Positions 26,101 to 40,700 of a stretch of 64,000 nt of DNA are shown here, piece after piece (within the stretch, counting starts at the first letter, position 1; each line of letters opens with the position of its first letter). The stretch is from Eledone cirrhosa. Its lineage: Eukaryota. The notes beneath the pieces were generated by a model. The model made no database searches and was not told the origin of the DNA. It saw only the letters and a list, made by a program, of their open reading frames with translations. A program made the translations under genes and the position numbers. The stretch is from NCBI GenBank assembly GCA_964016885.1, contig CAXHJY010000547.1:121339-185338 (forward strand), read 5' to 3'.

Positions 26101-29100
26101 TTGTCTTATTTCTATATTAAATATATTGTCACAAGAGAGGTGGAGAGTCTGTCTTATTTCAGGACTAGACAGAGATCCGTGTCTTATTTCTATATTAAAT
26201 ATATTGTCACAAGAGAGGTGGAGAGTCTGTCTTATTTCAGGACTAGACAGAGATCCTTGTCTTATTTCTATATTAAATATATTGTCACAAGAGAGGTGAA
26301 GAGTCTGTCTTATTTCAGGACTAGACAGAGATCCTTGTCTTATTTCTATATTAAATATATTGTCATAAGAGAGGTGGAGAGTCTGTCTTATTTCAGGACT
26401 AGACAGAGATCCTTTTCTTATTTCTATATTAAATATATTGTCAAAAGAGAGGTGGAGGGTCTGTCTTATTTCAGGACTAGACAGAGATCCTTGTCTTATT
26501 TCTTTATTAAATATATTGTCACAAGAGAGGTGGAGAGTCTGTCTTATTTCAGGACTAGACAGAGATCCTTGTCTTATTTCTATATAAAAAAATATTGTCA
26601 CAAGAGAGATGGAGAGTCTGTCTTATTTCAGGACTAGACAGAGATCCTTGTCTTATTTCTATATTAAATATATTGTCACAAGAGAGATGGAGAGTCTGTC
26701 TTATTTCAGGACTAGACAGAGATCCTTTTCTTATTTCTATATTAAATATATTGTCACAAGAGAGATGGAGAGTCTGTCTTATTTCAGGACTAGACAGAGA
26801 TCCTTGTCTTATTTCTATATTAAATATATTGTCACAAGAGAGGTGGAAAGTCGGTCTTATTTCAGGACTAGACAGAGATCCTTTTCTTATTTCTATATTA
26901 AATATATTGTCACAAGAGAGGTGGAGAGTCTGTCTTATTTCAGGACTAGACAGAGATCCTTGTCTTATTTCTATATTAAATATATTGTCACAAGAGAGAT
27001 GGAAAGTCGGTCTTATTTCAGGACTAGACAGAGATCCTTTTCTTATTTCTATATTAAATATATTGTCACAAGAGAGGTGGAGAGTCTGTCTTATTTCAGG
27101 ACTAGACAGAGATCCTTGTCTTATTTCTATATTAAATATATTGTCACAAGAGAGGTGGAGAGTCTGTCTTATTTCAGGACTAGACAGAGATCCTTGTCTT
27201 ATTTCTATATTAAATATATTGTCACAAGAGAGATGGAAAGTCGGTCTTATTTCAGGACTAGACAGAGATCCTTTTCTTATTTCTATATTAAATATATTGT
27301 CACAAGAGAGGTGGAGAGTCTGTCTTATTTCAGGACTAGACAGAGATCATTGTCTTATTTCTATATTAAATATATTGTCACAAGAGAGATGGAGAGTCTG
27401 TCTTATTTCAGGACTAGACAGAGATCCTTGTCTTATTTCTATATTAAATATATTGTCACAAGAGAGATGGAGAGTCTGTCTTATTTCAGGACTAGACAGA
27501 GATCCTTTTCTTATTTCTATATTAAATATATTGTCACAAGAGAGATGGAGAGTCTCTTATTTCAGGACTAGACAGAGATCCTTGTCTTATTTCTATATTA
27601 AATATATTGTCACAAGAGAGATGGAAAGTCGGTCTTATTTCAGGACTAGACAGAGATCCTTTTCTTATTTCTATATTAAATATATTGTCACAAGAGAGGT
27701 GGAGAGTCTGTCTTATTTCAGGACTAGACAGAGATCCTTGTCTCATTTCTATATTAAATATATTGTCACAAGAGAGATGGAGAGTCTCTTATTTCAGGAC
27801 TAGACAGAGATCCTTGTCTTATTTCTATATTAAATATATTGTCACAAGAGAGGTGGAGAGTCTGTCTTATTTCAGGACTAGACAGAGATCCGTGTCTTAT
27901 TTCTATATTAAATATATTGTCACAAGAGAGGTGGAGAGTCTGTCTTATTTCAGGACTAGACAGAGATCCTTGTCTTATTTCTATATTAAATATATTGTCA
28001 CAAGAGAGGTGGAGAGTCTGTCTTATTTCAGGACTAGACAGAGATCCTTGTCTTATTTCTATATTAAATATATTGTCATAAGAGAGGTGGAGAGTCTGTC
28101 TTATTTCAGGACTAGACAGAGATCCTTTTCTTATTTCTATATTAAATATATTGTCAAAAGAGAGGTGGAGGGTCTGTCTTATTTCAGGACTAGACAGAGA
28201 TCCTTGTCTTATTTCTTTATTAAATATATTGTCACAAGAGAGGTGGAGAGTCTGTCTTATTTCAGGACTAGACAGAGATCCTTGTCTTATTTCTATATTA
28301 AATATATTGTCACAAGAGAGATGGAGAGTCTGTCTTATTTCAGGACTAGACAGAGATCCTTGTCTTATTTCTATATTAAATATATTGTCACAAGAGAGAT
28401 GGAGAGTCTGTCTTATTTCAGGACTAGACAGAGATCCTTTTCTTATTTCTATATTAAATATATTGTCACAAGAGAGATGGAGAGTCTGTCTTATTTCAGG
28501 ACTAGACAGAGATCCTTGTCTTATTTCTATATTAAATATATTGTCACAAGAGAGGTGGAAAGTCGGTCTTATTTCAGGACTAGACAGAGATCCTTTTCTT
28601 ATTTCTATATTAAATATATTGTCACAAGAGAGGTGGAGAGTCTGTCTTATTTCAGGACTAGACAGAGATCCTTGTCTTATTTCTATATTAAATATATTGT
28701 CACAAGAGAGGTGGAGAGTCTGTCTTATTTCAGGACTAGACAGAGATCCTTGTCTTATTTCTATATTAAATATATTGTCACAAGAGAGATGGAAAGTCGG
28801 TCTTATTTCAGGACTAGACAGAGATCCTTTTCTTATTTCTATATTAAATATATTGTCACAAGAGAGGTGGAGAGTCTGTCTTATTTCAGGACTAGACAGA
28901 GATCCTTGTCTCATTTCTATATTAAATATATTGTCACAAGAGAGATGGAGAGTCTCTTATTTCAGGACTAGACAGAGATCCTTGTCTTATTTCTATATTA
29001 AATATATTGTCACAAGAGAGGTGGAGAGTCTGTCTTATTTCAGGACTAGACAGAGATCCGTGTCTTATTTCTATATTAAATATATTGTCACAAGAGAGGT

Positions 29101-32100
29101 GGAGAGTCTGTCTTATTTCAGGACTAGACAGAGATCCTTTTCTTATTTCTATATTAAATATATTGTCAAAAGAGAGGTGGAGGGTCTGTCTTATTTCAGG
29201 ACTAGACAGAGATCCTTGTCTTATTTCTATATTAAATATATTGTCACAAGAGAGGTGGAGAGTCTGTCTTATTTCAGGACTAGACAGAGATCCTTGTCTT
29301 ATTTCTATATTAAATATATTGTCACAAGAGAGGTGAAGAGTCTGTCTTATTTCAGGACTAGACAGAGATCCTTGTCTTATTTCTATATTAAATATATTGT
29401 CATAAGAGAGGTGGAGAGTCTGTCTTATTTCAGGACTAGACGGAGATCCTTTTCTTATTTCTATATTAAATATATTGTCAAAAGAGAGGTGGAGGGTCTG
29501 TCTTATTTCAGGACTAGACAGAGATCCTTGTCTTATTTCTTTATTAAATATATTGTCACAAGAGAGGTGGAGAGTCTGTCTTATTTCAGGACTAGACAGA
29601 GATCCTTGTCTTATTTCTATATAAAAAAATATTGTCACAAGAGAGATGGAGAGTCTGTCTTATTTCAGGACTAGACAGAGATCCTTGTCTTATTTCTATA
29701 TTAAATATATTGTCACAAGAGAGATGGAGAGTCTGTCTTATTTCAGGACTAGACAGAGATCCTTTTCTTATTTCTATATTAAATATATTGTCACAAGAGA
29801 GATGGAGAGTCTGTCTTATTTCAGGACTAGACAGAGATCCTTGTCTTATTTCTATATTAAATATATTGTCACAAGAGAGGTGGAAAGTCGGTCTTATTTC
29901 AGGACTAGACAGAGATCCTTTTCTTATTTCTATATTAAATATATTGTCACAAGAGAGGTGGAGAGTCTGTCTTATTTCAGGACTAGACAGAGATCCTTGT
30001 CTTATTTCTATATTAAATATATTGTCACAAGAGAGATGGAAAGTCGGTCTTATTTCAGGACTAGACAGAGATCCTTTTCTTATTTCTATATTAAATATAT
30101 TGTCACAAGAGAGGTGGAGAGTCTGTCTTATTTCAGGACTAGACAGAGATCCTTGTCTTATTTCTATATTAAATATATTGTCACAAGAGAGGTGGAGAGT
30201 CTGTCTTATTTCAGGACTAGACAGAGATCCTTGTCTTATTTCTATATTAAATATATTGTCACAAGAGAGATGGAAAGTCGGTCTTATTTCAGGACTAGAC
30301 AGAGATCCTTTTCTTATTTCTATATTAAATATATTGTCACAAGAGAGGTGGAGAGTCTGTCTTATTTCAGGACTAGACAGAGATCATTGTCTTATTTCTA
30401 TATTAAATATATTGTCACAAGAGAGATGGAGAGTCTGTCTTATTTCAGGACTAGACAGAGATCCTTGTCTTATTTCTATATTAAATATATTGTCACAAGA
30501 GAGATGGAGAGTCTGTCTTATTTCAGGACTAGACAGAGATCCTTTTCTTATTTCTATATTAAATATATTGTCACAAGAGAGATGGAGAGTCTCTTATTTC
30601 AGGACTAGACAGAGATCCTTGTCTTATTTCTATATTAAATATATTGTCACAAGAGAGATGGAAAGTCGGTCTTATTTCAGGACTAGACAGAGATCCTTTT
30701 CTTATTTCTATATTAAATATATTGTCACAAGAGAGGTGGAGAGTCTGTCTTATTTCAGGACTAGACAGAGATCCTTGTCTCATTTCTATATTAAATATAT
30801 TGTCACAAGAGAGATGGAGAGTCTCTTATTTCAGGACTAGACAGAGATCCTTGTCTTATTTCTATATTAAATATATTGTCACAAGAGAGGTGGAGAGTCT
30901 GTCTTATTTCAGGACTAGACAGAGATCCGTGTCTTATTTCTATATTAAATATATTGTCACAAGAGAGGTGGAGAGTCTGTCTTATTTCAGGACTAGACAG
31001 AGATCCTTGTCTTATTTCTATATTAAATATATTGTCACAAGAGAGGTGGAGAGTCTGTCTTATTTCAGGACTAGACAGAGATCCTTGTCTTATTTCTATA
31101 TTAAATATATTGTCATAAGAGAGGTGGAGAGTCTGTCTTATTTCAGGACTAGACAGAGATCCTTTTCTTATTTCTATATTAAATATATTGTCAAAAGAGA
31201 GGTGGAGGGTCTGTCTTATTTCAGGACTAGACAGAGATCCTTGTCTTATTTCTTTATTAAATATATTGTCACAAGAGAGGTGGAGAGTCTGTCTTATTTC
31301 AGGACTAGACAGAGATCCTTGTCTTATTTCTATATTAAATATATTGTCACAAGAGAGATGGAGAGTCTGTCTTATTTCAGGACTAGACAGAGATCCTTGT
31401 CTTATTTCTATATTAAATATATTGTCACAAGAGAGATGGAGAGTCTGTCTTATTTCAGGACTAGACAGAGATCCTTTTCTTATTTCTATATTAAATATAT
31501 TGTCACAAGAGAGATGGAGAGTCTGTCTTATTTCAGGACTAGACAGAGATCCTTGTCTTATTTCTATATTAAATATATTGTCACAAGAGAGGTGGAGAGT
31601 CTGTCTTATTTCAGGACTAGACAGAGATCCTTGTCTTATTTCTATATTAAATATATTGTCACAAGAGAGGTGGAGAGTCTGTCTTATTTCAGGACTAGAC
31701 AGAGATCCTTGTCTTATTTCTATATTAAATATATTGTCACAAGAGAGATGGAAAGTCGGTCTTATTTCAGGACTAGACAGAGATCCTTTTCTTATTTCTA
31801 TATTAAATATATTGTCACAAGAGAGGTGGAGAGTCTGTCTTATTTCAGGACTAGACAGAGATCCTTGTCTCATTTCTATATTAAATATATTGTCACAAGA
31901 GAGATGGAGAGTCTCTTATTTCAGGACTAGACAGAGATCCTTGTCTTATTTCTATATTAAATATATTGTCACAAGAGAGGTGGAGAGTCTGTCTTATTTC
32001 AGGACTAGACAGAGATCCGTGTCTTATTTCTATATTAAATATATTGTCACAAGAGAGGTGGAGAGTCTGTCTTATTTCAGGACTAGACAGAGATCCTTTT

Positions 32101-34295
32101 CTTATTTCTATATTAAATATATTGTCAAAAGAGAGGTGGAGGGTCTGTCTTATTTCAGGACTAGACAGAGATCCTTGTCTTATTTCTATATTAAATATAT
32201 TGTCACAAGAGAGGTGGAGAGTCTGTCTTATTTCAGGACTAGACAGAGATCCGTGTCTTATTTCTATATTAAATATATTGTCACAAGAGAGATGGAGAGT
32301 CTGTCTTATTTCAGGACTAGACAGAGATCCTTGTCTTATTTCTATATTAAATATATTGTCACAAGAGAGGTGGAAAGTCGGTCTTATTTCAGGACTAGAC
32401 AGAGATCCTTTTCTTATTTCTATATTAAATATATTGTCACAAGAGAGGTGGAGAGTCTGTCTTATTTCAGGACTAGACAGAGATCCTTGTCTTATTTCTA
32501 TATTAAATATATTGTCACAAGAGAGGTGGAGAGTCTGTCTTATTTCAGGACTAGACAGAGATCCTTGTCTTATTTCTATATTAAATATATTGTCACAAGA
32601 GAGGTGGAGAGTCTGTCTTATTTCAGGACTAGACAGAGATCCTTGTCTTATTTTTATATTAAATATATTGTCACAAGAGAGGTGGAGAGTCTGTCTTATT
32701 TCAGGACTAGACAGAGATCCTTGTCTTAATTCTATATTAAATATATTGTCACAGGAGAGGTGGAGAGTCTGTCTTATTTCAGGACTAGACAGAGATCCTT
32801 GTCTTATTTCTATATTAAATATATTGTCACAAGAGAGGTGGAGTGTCTGTCTTATTGCAGGACTAGACAGAGATCCTTGTCTAATTTCTATATTAAATAT
32901 ATTGTCACAAGAGAGGTGGAGAGTCTGTCTTATTTCAGGACTAGACAGAGATCCTTGTCTTATTTCTATATTAAATATATTGTCACAAGAGAGGTGGAGA
33001 GTCTGTCTTATTTCAGGACTAGACAGAGATTCTTGTCTTATTTCTATATTAAATATATTGTCACAAGAGAGATGGAGAGTCTGTCTTATTTCAGGACTAG
33101 ACAGAGATCTTTGTCTTATTTCTATATTAAATATATTGTCACAAGAGAGATGGGGAGTCTGTCTTATTTTAGGACTAGACAGAGATCCTTGTCTTATTTC
33201 TATATTAAATATATTGTCACACGAGAGGTGGCGAGTCTGTCTTATTACAGGACTAGACAGAGATCCTTGTCTTATTTCTATATTAAATATATTGTCACAA
33301 GAGAGATGGAAAGTTGGTCTTATTTCAGGACTAGACAGAGATCCTTGTCTTATTTCTATATTAAATATATTGTCACAAGAGAGATGGAAAGTCGGTCTTA
33401 TTTCAGGACTAGACAGAGATCCTTTTCTTATTTCTATATTAAATATATTGTCACAAGTGAGGTGGAGTGTCTGTCTTATTTCAGGACTAGACAGACATCC
33501 TTGTCTTATTTCTATATTAAATATATTGTCACAAGAGAGGTGGAGAGTCTGTCTTATTTCAGGACAAGACAGAGATCCTTGTCTTATTTCTATATTAAAT
33601 ATATTGTCACAAGAGAGGTGGAGAGTCTGTCTTATTTCAGGACTAGACAGAGATCCTTGTCAAATTTCCATATTAAATATATTATCACAAGAGAGGTGGA
33701 GAGTCTGTCTTATTTCAGGACAAGACAGAGATCCTTGTCTTATTTCTATATTAAATATATTGTCACAAGAGAGGTGGAGAGTCTGTCTTATTTCAGGACT
33801 AGACAGAGATCCTTGTCTTATTTCTATATTAAATATATTGTCACAAGAGAGGTGGAGTGTCTGTCTTATTGCAGGACTAGACAGAGATTCTTGTCTTATT
33901 TCTATATTCAATATATTGTCATAAGAGAGATGGAGAGTCTGTCTTATTTCAGGACTAGACAGAGATCTTTGTCTTATTTCTATATTAAATATATTGTCAC
34001 AAGAGAGATGGAGAGTCTGTCTTATTTCAGGACTAGACAGAGATCCTTGTCTTATTTCTATATTAAATATATTGTCACAAGAGAGATGGAGGGTCTGTCT
34101 TATTTCAGGACTAGACAGAGATCCTTGTTTTATTTCTTTATTACATATATTGTAACAAGAGAGGTGGAGAGTCTGTCTTATTTCAGGACTAGACAGAGAT
34201 CCTTGTCTTATTTCTTTATTAAATATATTGTCACAAGAGAGGTGGTGAGTCTGTCTTATTTCAGGACTAGACAGAGATCCTTGTCTTATTTCTAT

Positions 34296-37200
34296 CATCA
34301 TCATCATCATCATCATCATCACCGTTTTACGTCCGTTGTTCCACGCTAGCATGGGTTAGACGGGTTGTCCTGTTGTGGGCAGTGTCTGGTCGGCTGACCA
34401 TGCCTTGCTCATACAGGAACTGATCTGGCTTGATTTCTACAGCTGGATGCCCTTCCTAACACCAACCTCATTTACAGTGAGTGCTGGGTGCTTTTTCGTG
34501 GCGCCTACACGTCCACTTTACAGTGTGGGCTGGGTGCTTTTTTGCCGTGGCACCTCCACGGCCACCTTGCGGTGGAGGGGGGGGGGGGCATATTGTTTAT
34601 ATGCTTCAGCATGTACCCATGGGAGGTCGGGTACCCTGTATTACTGCGTGACGCCAGAAGTCACGGTCGTGTGTCATTGACTTTGAGAGGTGTAGTTGGG
34701 TAAGGTCGGCTTTTATCACCTCATCCCAAGTCATCTTGGGTCTCCCCACTCCGCGGTTTCCATCAACTTCTAGTGCTCTGCACCTTTTTATGCAGCTGTC
34801 ATCCTTCATACGCATCACATGTCCATACCAGCGTAACCGCCTCTCCTGCACGCAGCATTTGATTCCTCTTATGCTCAGTCTCTCTCTCAATTCCTTTATG
34901 CTTTGTCGTTCACGTATATTACTGTTACACATCCATCGGAGCATGCAGGCTTCGTTTCTCTCTAATCTACGTAAGTCTTCCACCTTCAGCGCCCAGGTCT
35001 CACTACCATGCAACATCGCTGTTCGGATACACGCATCATACAGTCTGCCTTTCATTCTGAGGGAGAAGCCTTTTGCACTAGCAGTGGTAGTAGTTCCCTA
35101 AACTTCTTCCATCCCGTTCTTACCCTAGTTATTGTACTTTCTGAGCACCCACCTCCGTTGCTAATTCGGTCACCTAGGTAGCAGAAGCTGTCTACTGTTT
35201 CTACAGGGCCCTCCCAGAGATTGGTGGTACTTGTTTCCTGTGGCTGTTTGCTTGCTGTTTCAGCACAGCTGCTGCATGTGAATCCTACATTCTTAATTAA
35301 GCTTCCTGAGATCCCGCTACATCTCTTGTGTACCCATTGTTTGCATTTGGGGCAGAGAATGGAGTTTCTACCTACACCTTTCCTACATACTGAGCAAGGC
35401 CATTTCCCTGAGGGGATCTGGGTTCTGTTTTCTCGTCTACTTACAAGGACCTTAGTCTTTGTCATGTTGACTTTGAGGCCCTTTCTCTCTAGTCCCTGCT
35501 TCCAGGTTTGGAATTTATTCTCTAGTTCTACCATAGATTCAGCTATGAGTGCGAGGTCATCAGCATACAGGAGTTCCCATGGGCATCCGGTCTTAAACTC
35601 CTCCGTTATTGCCTGCAGGACTATGATGAACAGGAGAGGGCTAAGAACAGAGCCCTGGTGGACCCCAACCTGTACGCTAAATTCCTCGCTATACTCATTG
35701 CCAATCCTAACTTTGCTGACTGCTCCCCTATACATGGCTTGTACCGCTTTCACAAGCCATTCATCTACTCCTAGTTTTCTAAGAGCCCACCAGATTACTG
35801 CACGTGGAACTCTGTCAAAGGCTTTCTCAAGGTCGACAAATGCCAAGTAGAGTGGCTTACTTTTAGCTAGGTACTTTTCCTGTAATTGCCTCACAAGGAA
35901 GAGGGCATCAGTGGTGCCTTTCCCTGGTACAAACCCAAATTGCATCTCGTCTATATTCACCCGGTCCCTAATCAGCTGTGCTATAACTCTTTCTGTTACT
36001 TTCATGACCTGGTCCATCAACTTTATACCTCTATAGTTTCCTCTATCTAGTGCATCGCCTTTACCTTTGTAGCAGTTGACAATGATGCTACTGCACCAAT
36101 CTTTTGGTATGGCCCCCTCTAGTATTACCTGGTTAACGATACGTGTGGTTATAGTGTGACCTACAGACCCAGATGCCTTCAGCATCTCGGCAGCTATACC
36201 CGATGGACCGGTTGCCTTCCCTATCTTCATATCTCTGATTGCCTTACTTACTACGCTGCCGCTGACTTGTACTGCTGGTCCCTCTATAGGGTCTACGTGG
36301 GGTAGGGTCTCTTCTTCCCATGCATTCTCCTCATTAAGTAATCTATCATAATGACTCTTCCATGCATCTTTCTTCTCAGCACTTGTGAGGGCAAGCTCAC
36401 CTTTATCATTCCGGATACACTTCTCTCCAATGACATCACAACTATCTCTGACACACTGCCTCGCAATCTTGAATACCTCCTGTTTCTGGTCCTCACGTTG
36501 TAAAACATGCTTGAATTTTCTATCCTCTGCTTCCCTCCTAGCTAAGTATACTTGTCGCCTAGCTTCCCTCTTGGTCTCTATGTAATGTACCCTGCTCCCC
36601 CCGTTCTTCCATTCTTTCCATGCCTGTCTCTTGGCCTTGACTGCTTCATCTACCTTATTGTTCCACCACCAAGTCACTCTCCTCCTGCTTGAGGTCTTAC
36701 TCCAGCCACAAACCTCATCCGTCGCCTCTAGTAAGTTATTTTTTAGGAACTCCCAGTTCTCTTCTACGTTAAATGTCTCTATCTGTTCTTCTTTACTGTC
36801 GTAGGCGTTGAGTAAAATATCTTTAAATCTGTTACTGGTTGAGGAGACTTTCAGCTTCCAGATCTTTCTTCTCCAGGTTGGCCTCTGTTTCAGGGCTCGT
36901 CTAGTTCTGACCGTGAGGTCGCTGACAACTAAGCTATGTTGGGATGTACATTCCTCACTAGGGAAGGCTTTTGTGTTTACGACCGTCCATCTGTCACGTC
37001 CTCTGATGAGGATAAAATCTAACTGACTAGAGTGCTCCCCTGATCTATAGGTGATCAGGTGGTTGTCGGGTTTTTTAAAGTTTGTGTTACATATCGACAT
37101 GTCATTGGCGTCGCAGAATTCTAGAAGTCTGAATCCTTCCTCATTCCTTGTGCCAACTCCATGGCCTCCATGTACTCTATTGAAGCCGTCGCAGTGTTTA

Positions 37201-37704
37201 CCTACGTGTCCGTTAAAATCTCCTGCAATGATTAGGAAGTCCTTGTCGTCTGTTAGAGCAGTAGTGTGTATTAGGGACTCGTAAAACCTATCCTTAAGTT
37301 CGTCTGGCAGCCCCGATTGGGGTGCGTAAGCTGATATTATTGTGGTAATTGTCTTATTCAGGACTAGTCTAAGTTTAATGATTCTTGCATTTACCCTGTA
37401 CACTGAGATTACTTTATCTACCCACTTGTCAGCTAATAGTATACCTACACCACCCATCCCATCGTCATTTCCCATCCAGAAAAATTTGTAGCACTGGCTT
37501 TTTCCTACAAGGACTCTAGCAGACCCTCCTCTCCATCTAGTCTCTTGCACACAGCATACATCAACTTCCTTTCGCTCTAGCATTTCTACGATTTCTCCTG
37601 CTCTTCCTTTCATTGAGCCTACATTGATGGTACCAACTCGGAGTTTTGGGCATTTGTCGACACTCGTAGGGGAGGGTCTCTGGGTTGGCGCTTCACGTGG
37701 GTGC
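34296..37704 (-). mobile_element. Near-full-length RTE-clade LINE, copy 2
   Basis: (CAT)n tail at 34296; probable TSD TTCTAT (34290-34295 and 37705-37710); APE + RT ORF. Confidence 0.97.
34606..37703 (-). pseudogene. RTE ORF: AP endonuclease + reverse transcriptase with PHD-like insert; one frameshift
   Basis: APE motifs GTINV, VQETR, SAYAP, GDFNGH, QLDFIL and SQH; RT motifs NYRGI, QFGF, FVDLEKAFD, QGSVLSP, YADD and FCYLG. 1-bp deletion at ~35077 relative to copies 1 and 4. The frame is open to the 5' junction with no upstream ATG, so the copy is slightly 5'-truncated. Confidence 0.95.
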
Positions 37705-40700
37705 TTCTATATTAAATATATTGTCACAAGAGAGATGGAAAGTCGGTCTTATTTCAGGACTAGACAGAGATCCTTTTCTTATTTCTATATTAAATATATT
37801 GTCACAAGAGAGATGGAATGTCGGTCTTATTTCAGGACTAGACAGAGATCCTTGTCTTATTTCTATATTAAATATATTGTCACAAGTGAGGTGGAGTGTC
37901 TGTCTTATTTCAGGACTAGACAGAGATCCTTGTCTTATTTCTATATTAAATATATTGTCATAAGAGAGGTGGAGAGTCTGTCTTATTTCAGGACAAGACA
38001 GAGATCCTTGTCTTATTTCTATATTAAATATATTGTCACAAGAGAGGTGGAGAGTCTGTCTTATTTCAGGACTAGACAGAGATCCTTGTCTTATTTCTAT
38101 ATAAAATTTATTGTCACAAGAGAGATGGAGAGTCTGTCTTATTTCAGGACTAGACAGAGATCCTTGTCTTATTTCTATATTAAATATATTGTCACAAGAG
38201 AGGTGGAGTGTCTGTCTTATTGCAGGACTAGACAGAGATCCTTGTCTTATTTCTATATTAAATATATTGTCACAAGAGAGATGGAAAGTCGGTCTTATTT
38301 CAGGACTAGACAGAGATCATTGTCTTATTTCTATATTAAATATATTGTCACAAGAGAGATGGAGAGTCTGTCTTATTTCAGGACTAGACAGAGATCCTTG
38401 TCTTATTTCTATATTAAATATATTGTCACAAGAGAGGTGGAGAGTCTGTCTTATTTCAGGACTAGACAGAGATCCTTGTCTTATTTCTATATTAAATATA
38501 TTGTCACAAGAGAGATGGAAAGTCGGTCTTATTTCAGGACTAGACAGAGATCCTTTTCTTATTTCTATATTAAATATATTGTCACAAGAGAGGTGGAGAG
38601 TCTGTCTTATTTCAGGACTAGACAGAGATCATTGTCTTATTTCTATATTAAATATATTGTCACAAGAGAGATGGAGAGTCTGTCTTATTTCAGGACTAGA
38701 CAGAGATCCTTGTCTTATTTCTATATTAAATATATTGTCACAAGAGAGATGGAAAGTCGGTCTTATTTCAGGACTAGACAGAGATCCTTTTCTTATTTCT
38801 ATATTAAATATATTGTCACAAGAGAGGTGGAGAGTCTGTCTTATTTCAGGACTAGACAGAGATCATTGTCTTATTTCTATATTAAATATATTGTCACAAG
38901 AGAGATGGAGAGTCTGTCTTATTTCAGGACTAGACAGAGATCCTTGTCTTATTTCTATATTAAATATATTGTCACAAGAGAGATGGAGAGTCTGTCTTAT
39001 TTCAGGACTAGACAGAGATCCTTTTCTTATTTCTATATTAAATATATTGTCACAAGAGAGATGGAGAGTCTCTTATTTCAGGACTAGACAGAGATCCTTG
39101 TCTTATTTCTATATTAAATATATTGTCACAAGAGAGATGGAAAGTCGGTCTTATTTCAGGACTAGACAGAGATCCTTTTCTTATTTCTATATTAAATATA
39201 TTGTCACAAGAGAGGTGGAGAGTCTGTCTTATTTCAGGACTAGACAGAGATCCTTGTCTCATTTCTATATTAAATATATTGTCACAAGAGAGATGGAGAG
39301 TCTCTTATTTCAGGACTAGACAGAGATCCTTGTCTTATTTCTATATTAAATATATTGTCACAAGAGAGGTGGAGAGTCTGTCTTATTTCAGGACTAGACA
39401 GAGATCCGTGTCTTATTTCTATATTAAATATATTGTCACAAGAGAGGTGGAGAGTCTGTCTTATTTCAGGACTAGACAGAGATCCTTGTCTTATTTCTAT
39501 ATTAAATATATTGTCACAAGAGAGGTGGAGAGTCTGTCTTATTTCAGGACTAGACAGAGATCCTTGTCTTATTTCTATATTAAATATATTGTCATAAGAG
39601 AGGTGGAGAGTCTGTCTTATTTCAGGACTAGACAGAGATCCTTTTCTTATTTCTATATTAAATATATTGTCAAAAGAGAGGTGGAGGGTCTGTCTTATTT
39701 CAGGACTAGACAGAGATCCTTGTCTTATTTCTTTATTAAATATATTGTCACAAGAGAGGTGGAGAGTCTGTCTTATTTCAGGACTAGACAGAGATCCTTG
39801 TCTTATTTCTATATTAAATATATTGTCACAAGAGAGATGGAGAGTCTGTCTTATTTCAGGACTAGACAGAGATCCTTGTCTTATTTCTATATTAAATATA
39901 TTGTCACAAGAGAGATGGAGAGTCTGTCTTATTTCAGGACTAGACAGAGATCCTTTTCTTATTTCTATATTAAATATATTGTCACAAGAGAGATGGAGAG
40001 TCTGTCTTATTTCAGGACTAGACAGAGATCCTTGTCTTATTTCTATATTAAATATATTGTCACAAGAGAGGTGGAAAGTCGGTCTTATTTCAGGACTAGA
40101 CAGAGATCCTTTTCTTATTTCTATATTAAATATATTGTCACAAGAGAGGTGGAGAGTCTGTCTTATTTCAGGACTAGACAGAGATCCTTGTCTTATTTCT
40201 ATATTAAATATATTGTCACAAGAGAGATGGAAAGTCGGTCATATTTCAGGACTAGACAGAGATCCTTTTCTTATTTCTATATTAAATATATTGTCACAAG
40301 AGAGGTGGAGAGTCTGTCTTATTTCAGGACTAGACAGAGATCCTTGTCTTATTTCTATATTAAATATATTGTCACAAGAGAGGTGGAGAGTCTGTCTTAT
40401 TTCAGGACTAGACAGAGATCCTTGTCTTATTTCTATATTAAATATATTGTCACAAGAGAGATGGAAAGTCGGTCTTATTTCAGGACTAGACAGAGATCCT
40501 TTTCTTATTTCTATATTAAATATATTGTCACAAGAGAGGTGGAGAGTCTGTCTTATTTCAGGACTAGACAGAGATCCTTGTCTCATTTCTATATTAAATA
40601 TATTGTCACAAGAGAGATGGAGAGTCTCTTATTTCAGGACTAGACAGAGATCCTTGTCTTATTTCTATATTAAATATATTGTCACAAGAGAGGTGGAGAG

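Noticed and set aside
35221-35850. Antisense ORFs overlapping RTE, CR1 and PLE coding regions
   Set aside because: Shadow ORFs of the coding strand with no independent motifs.
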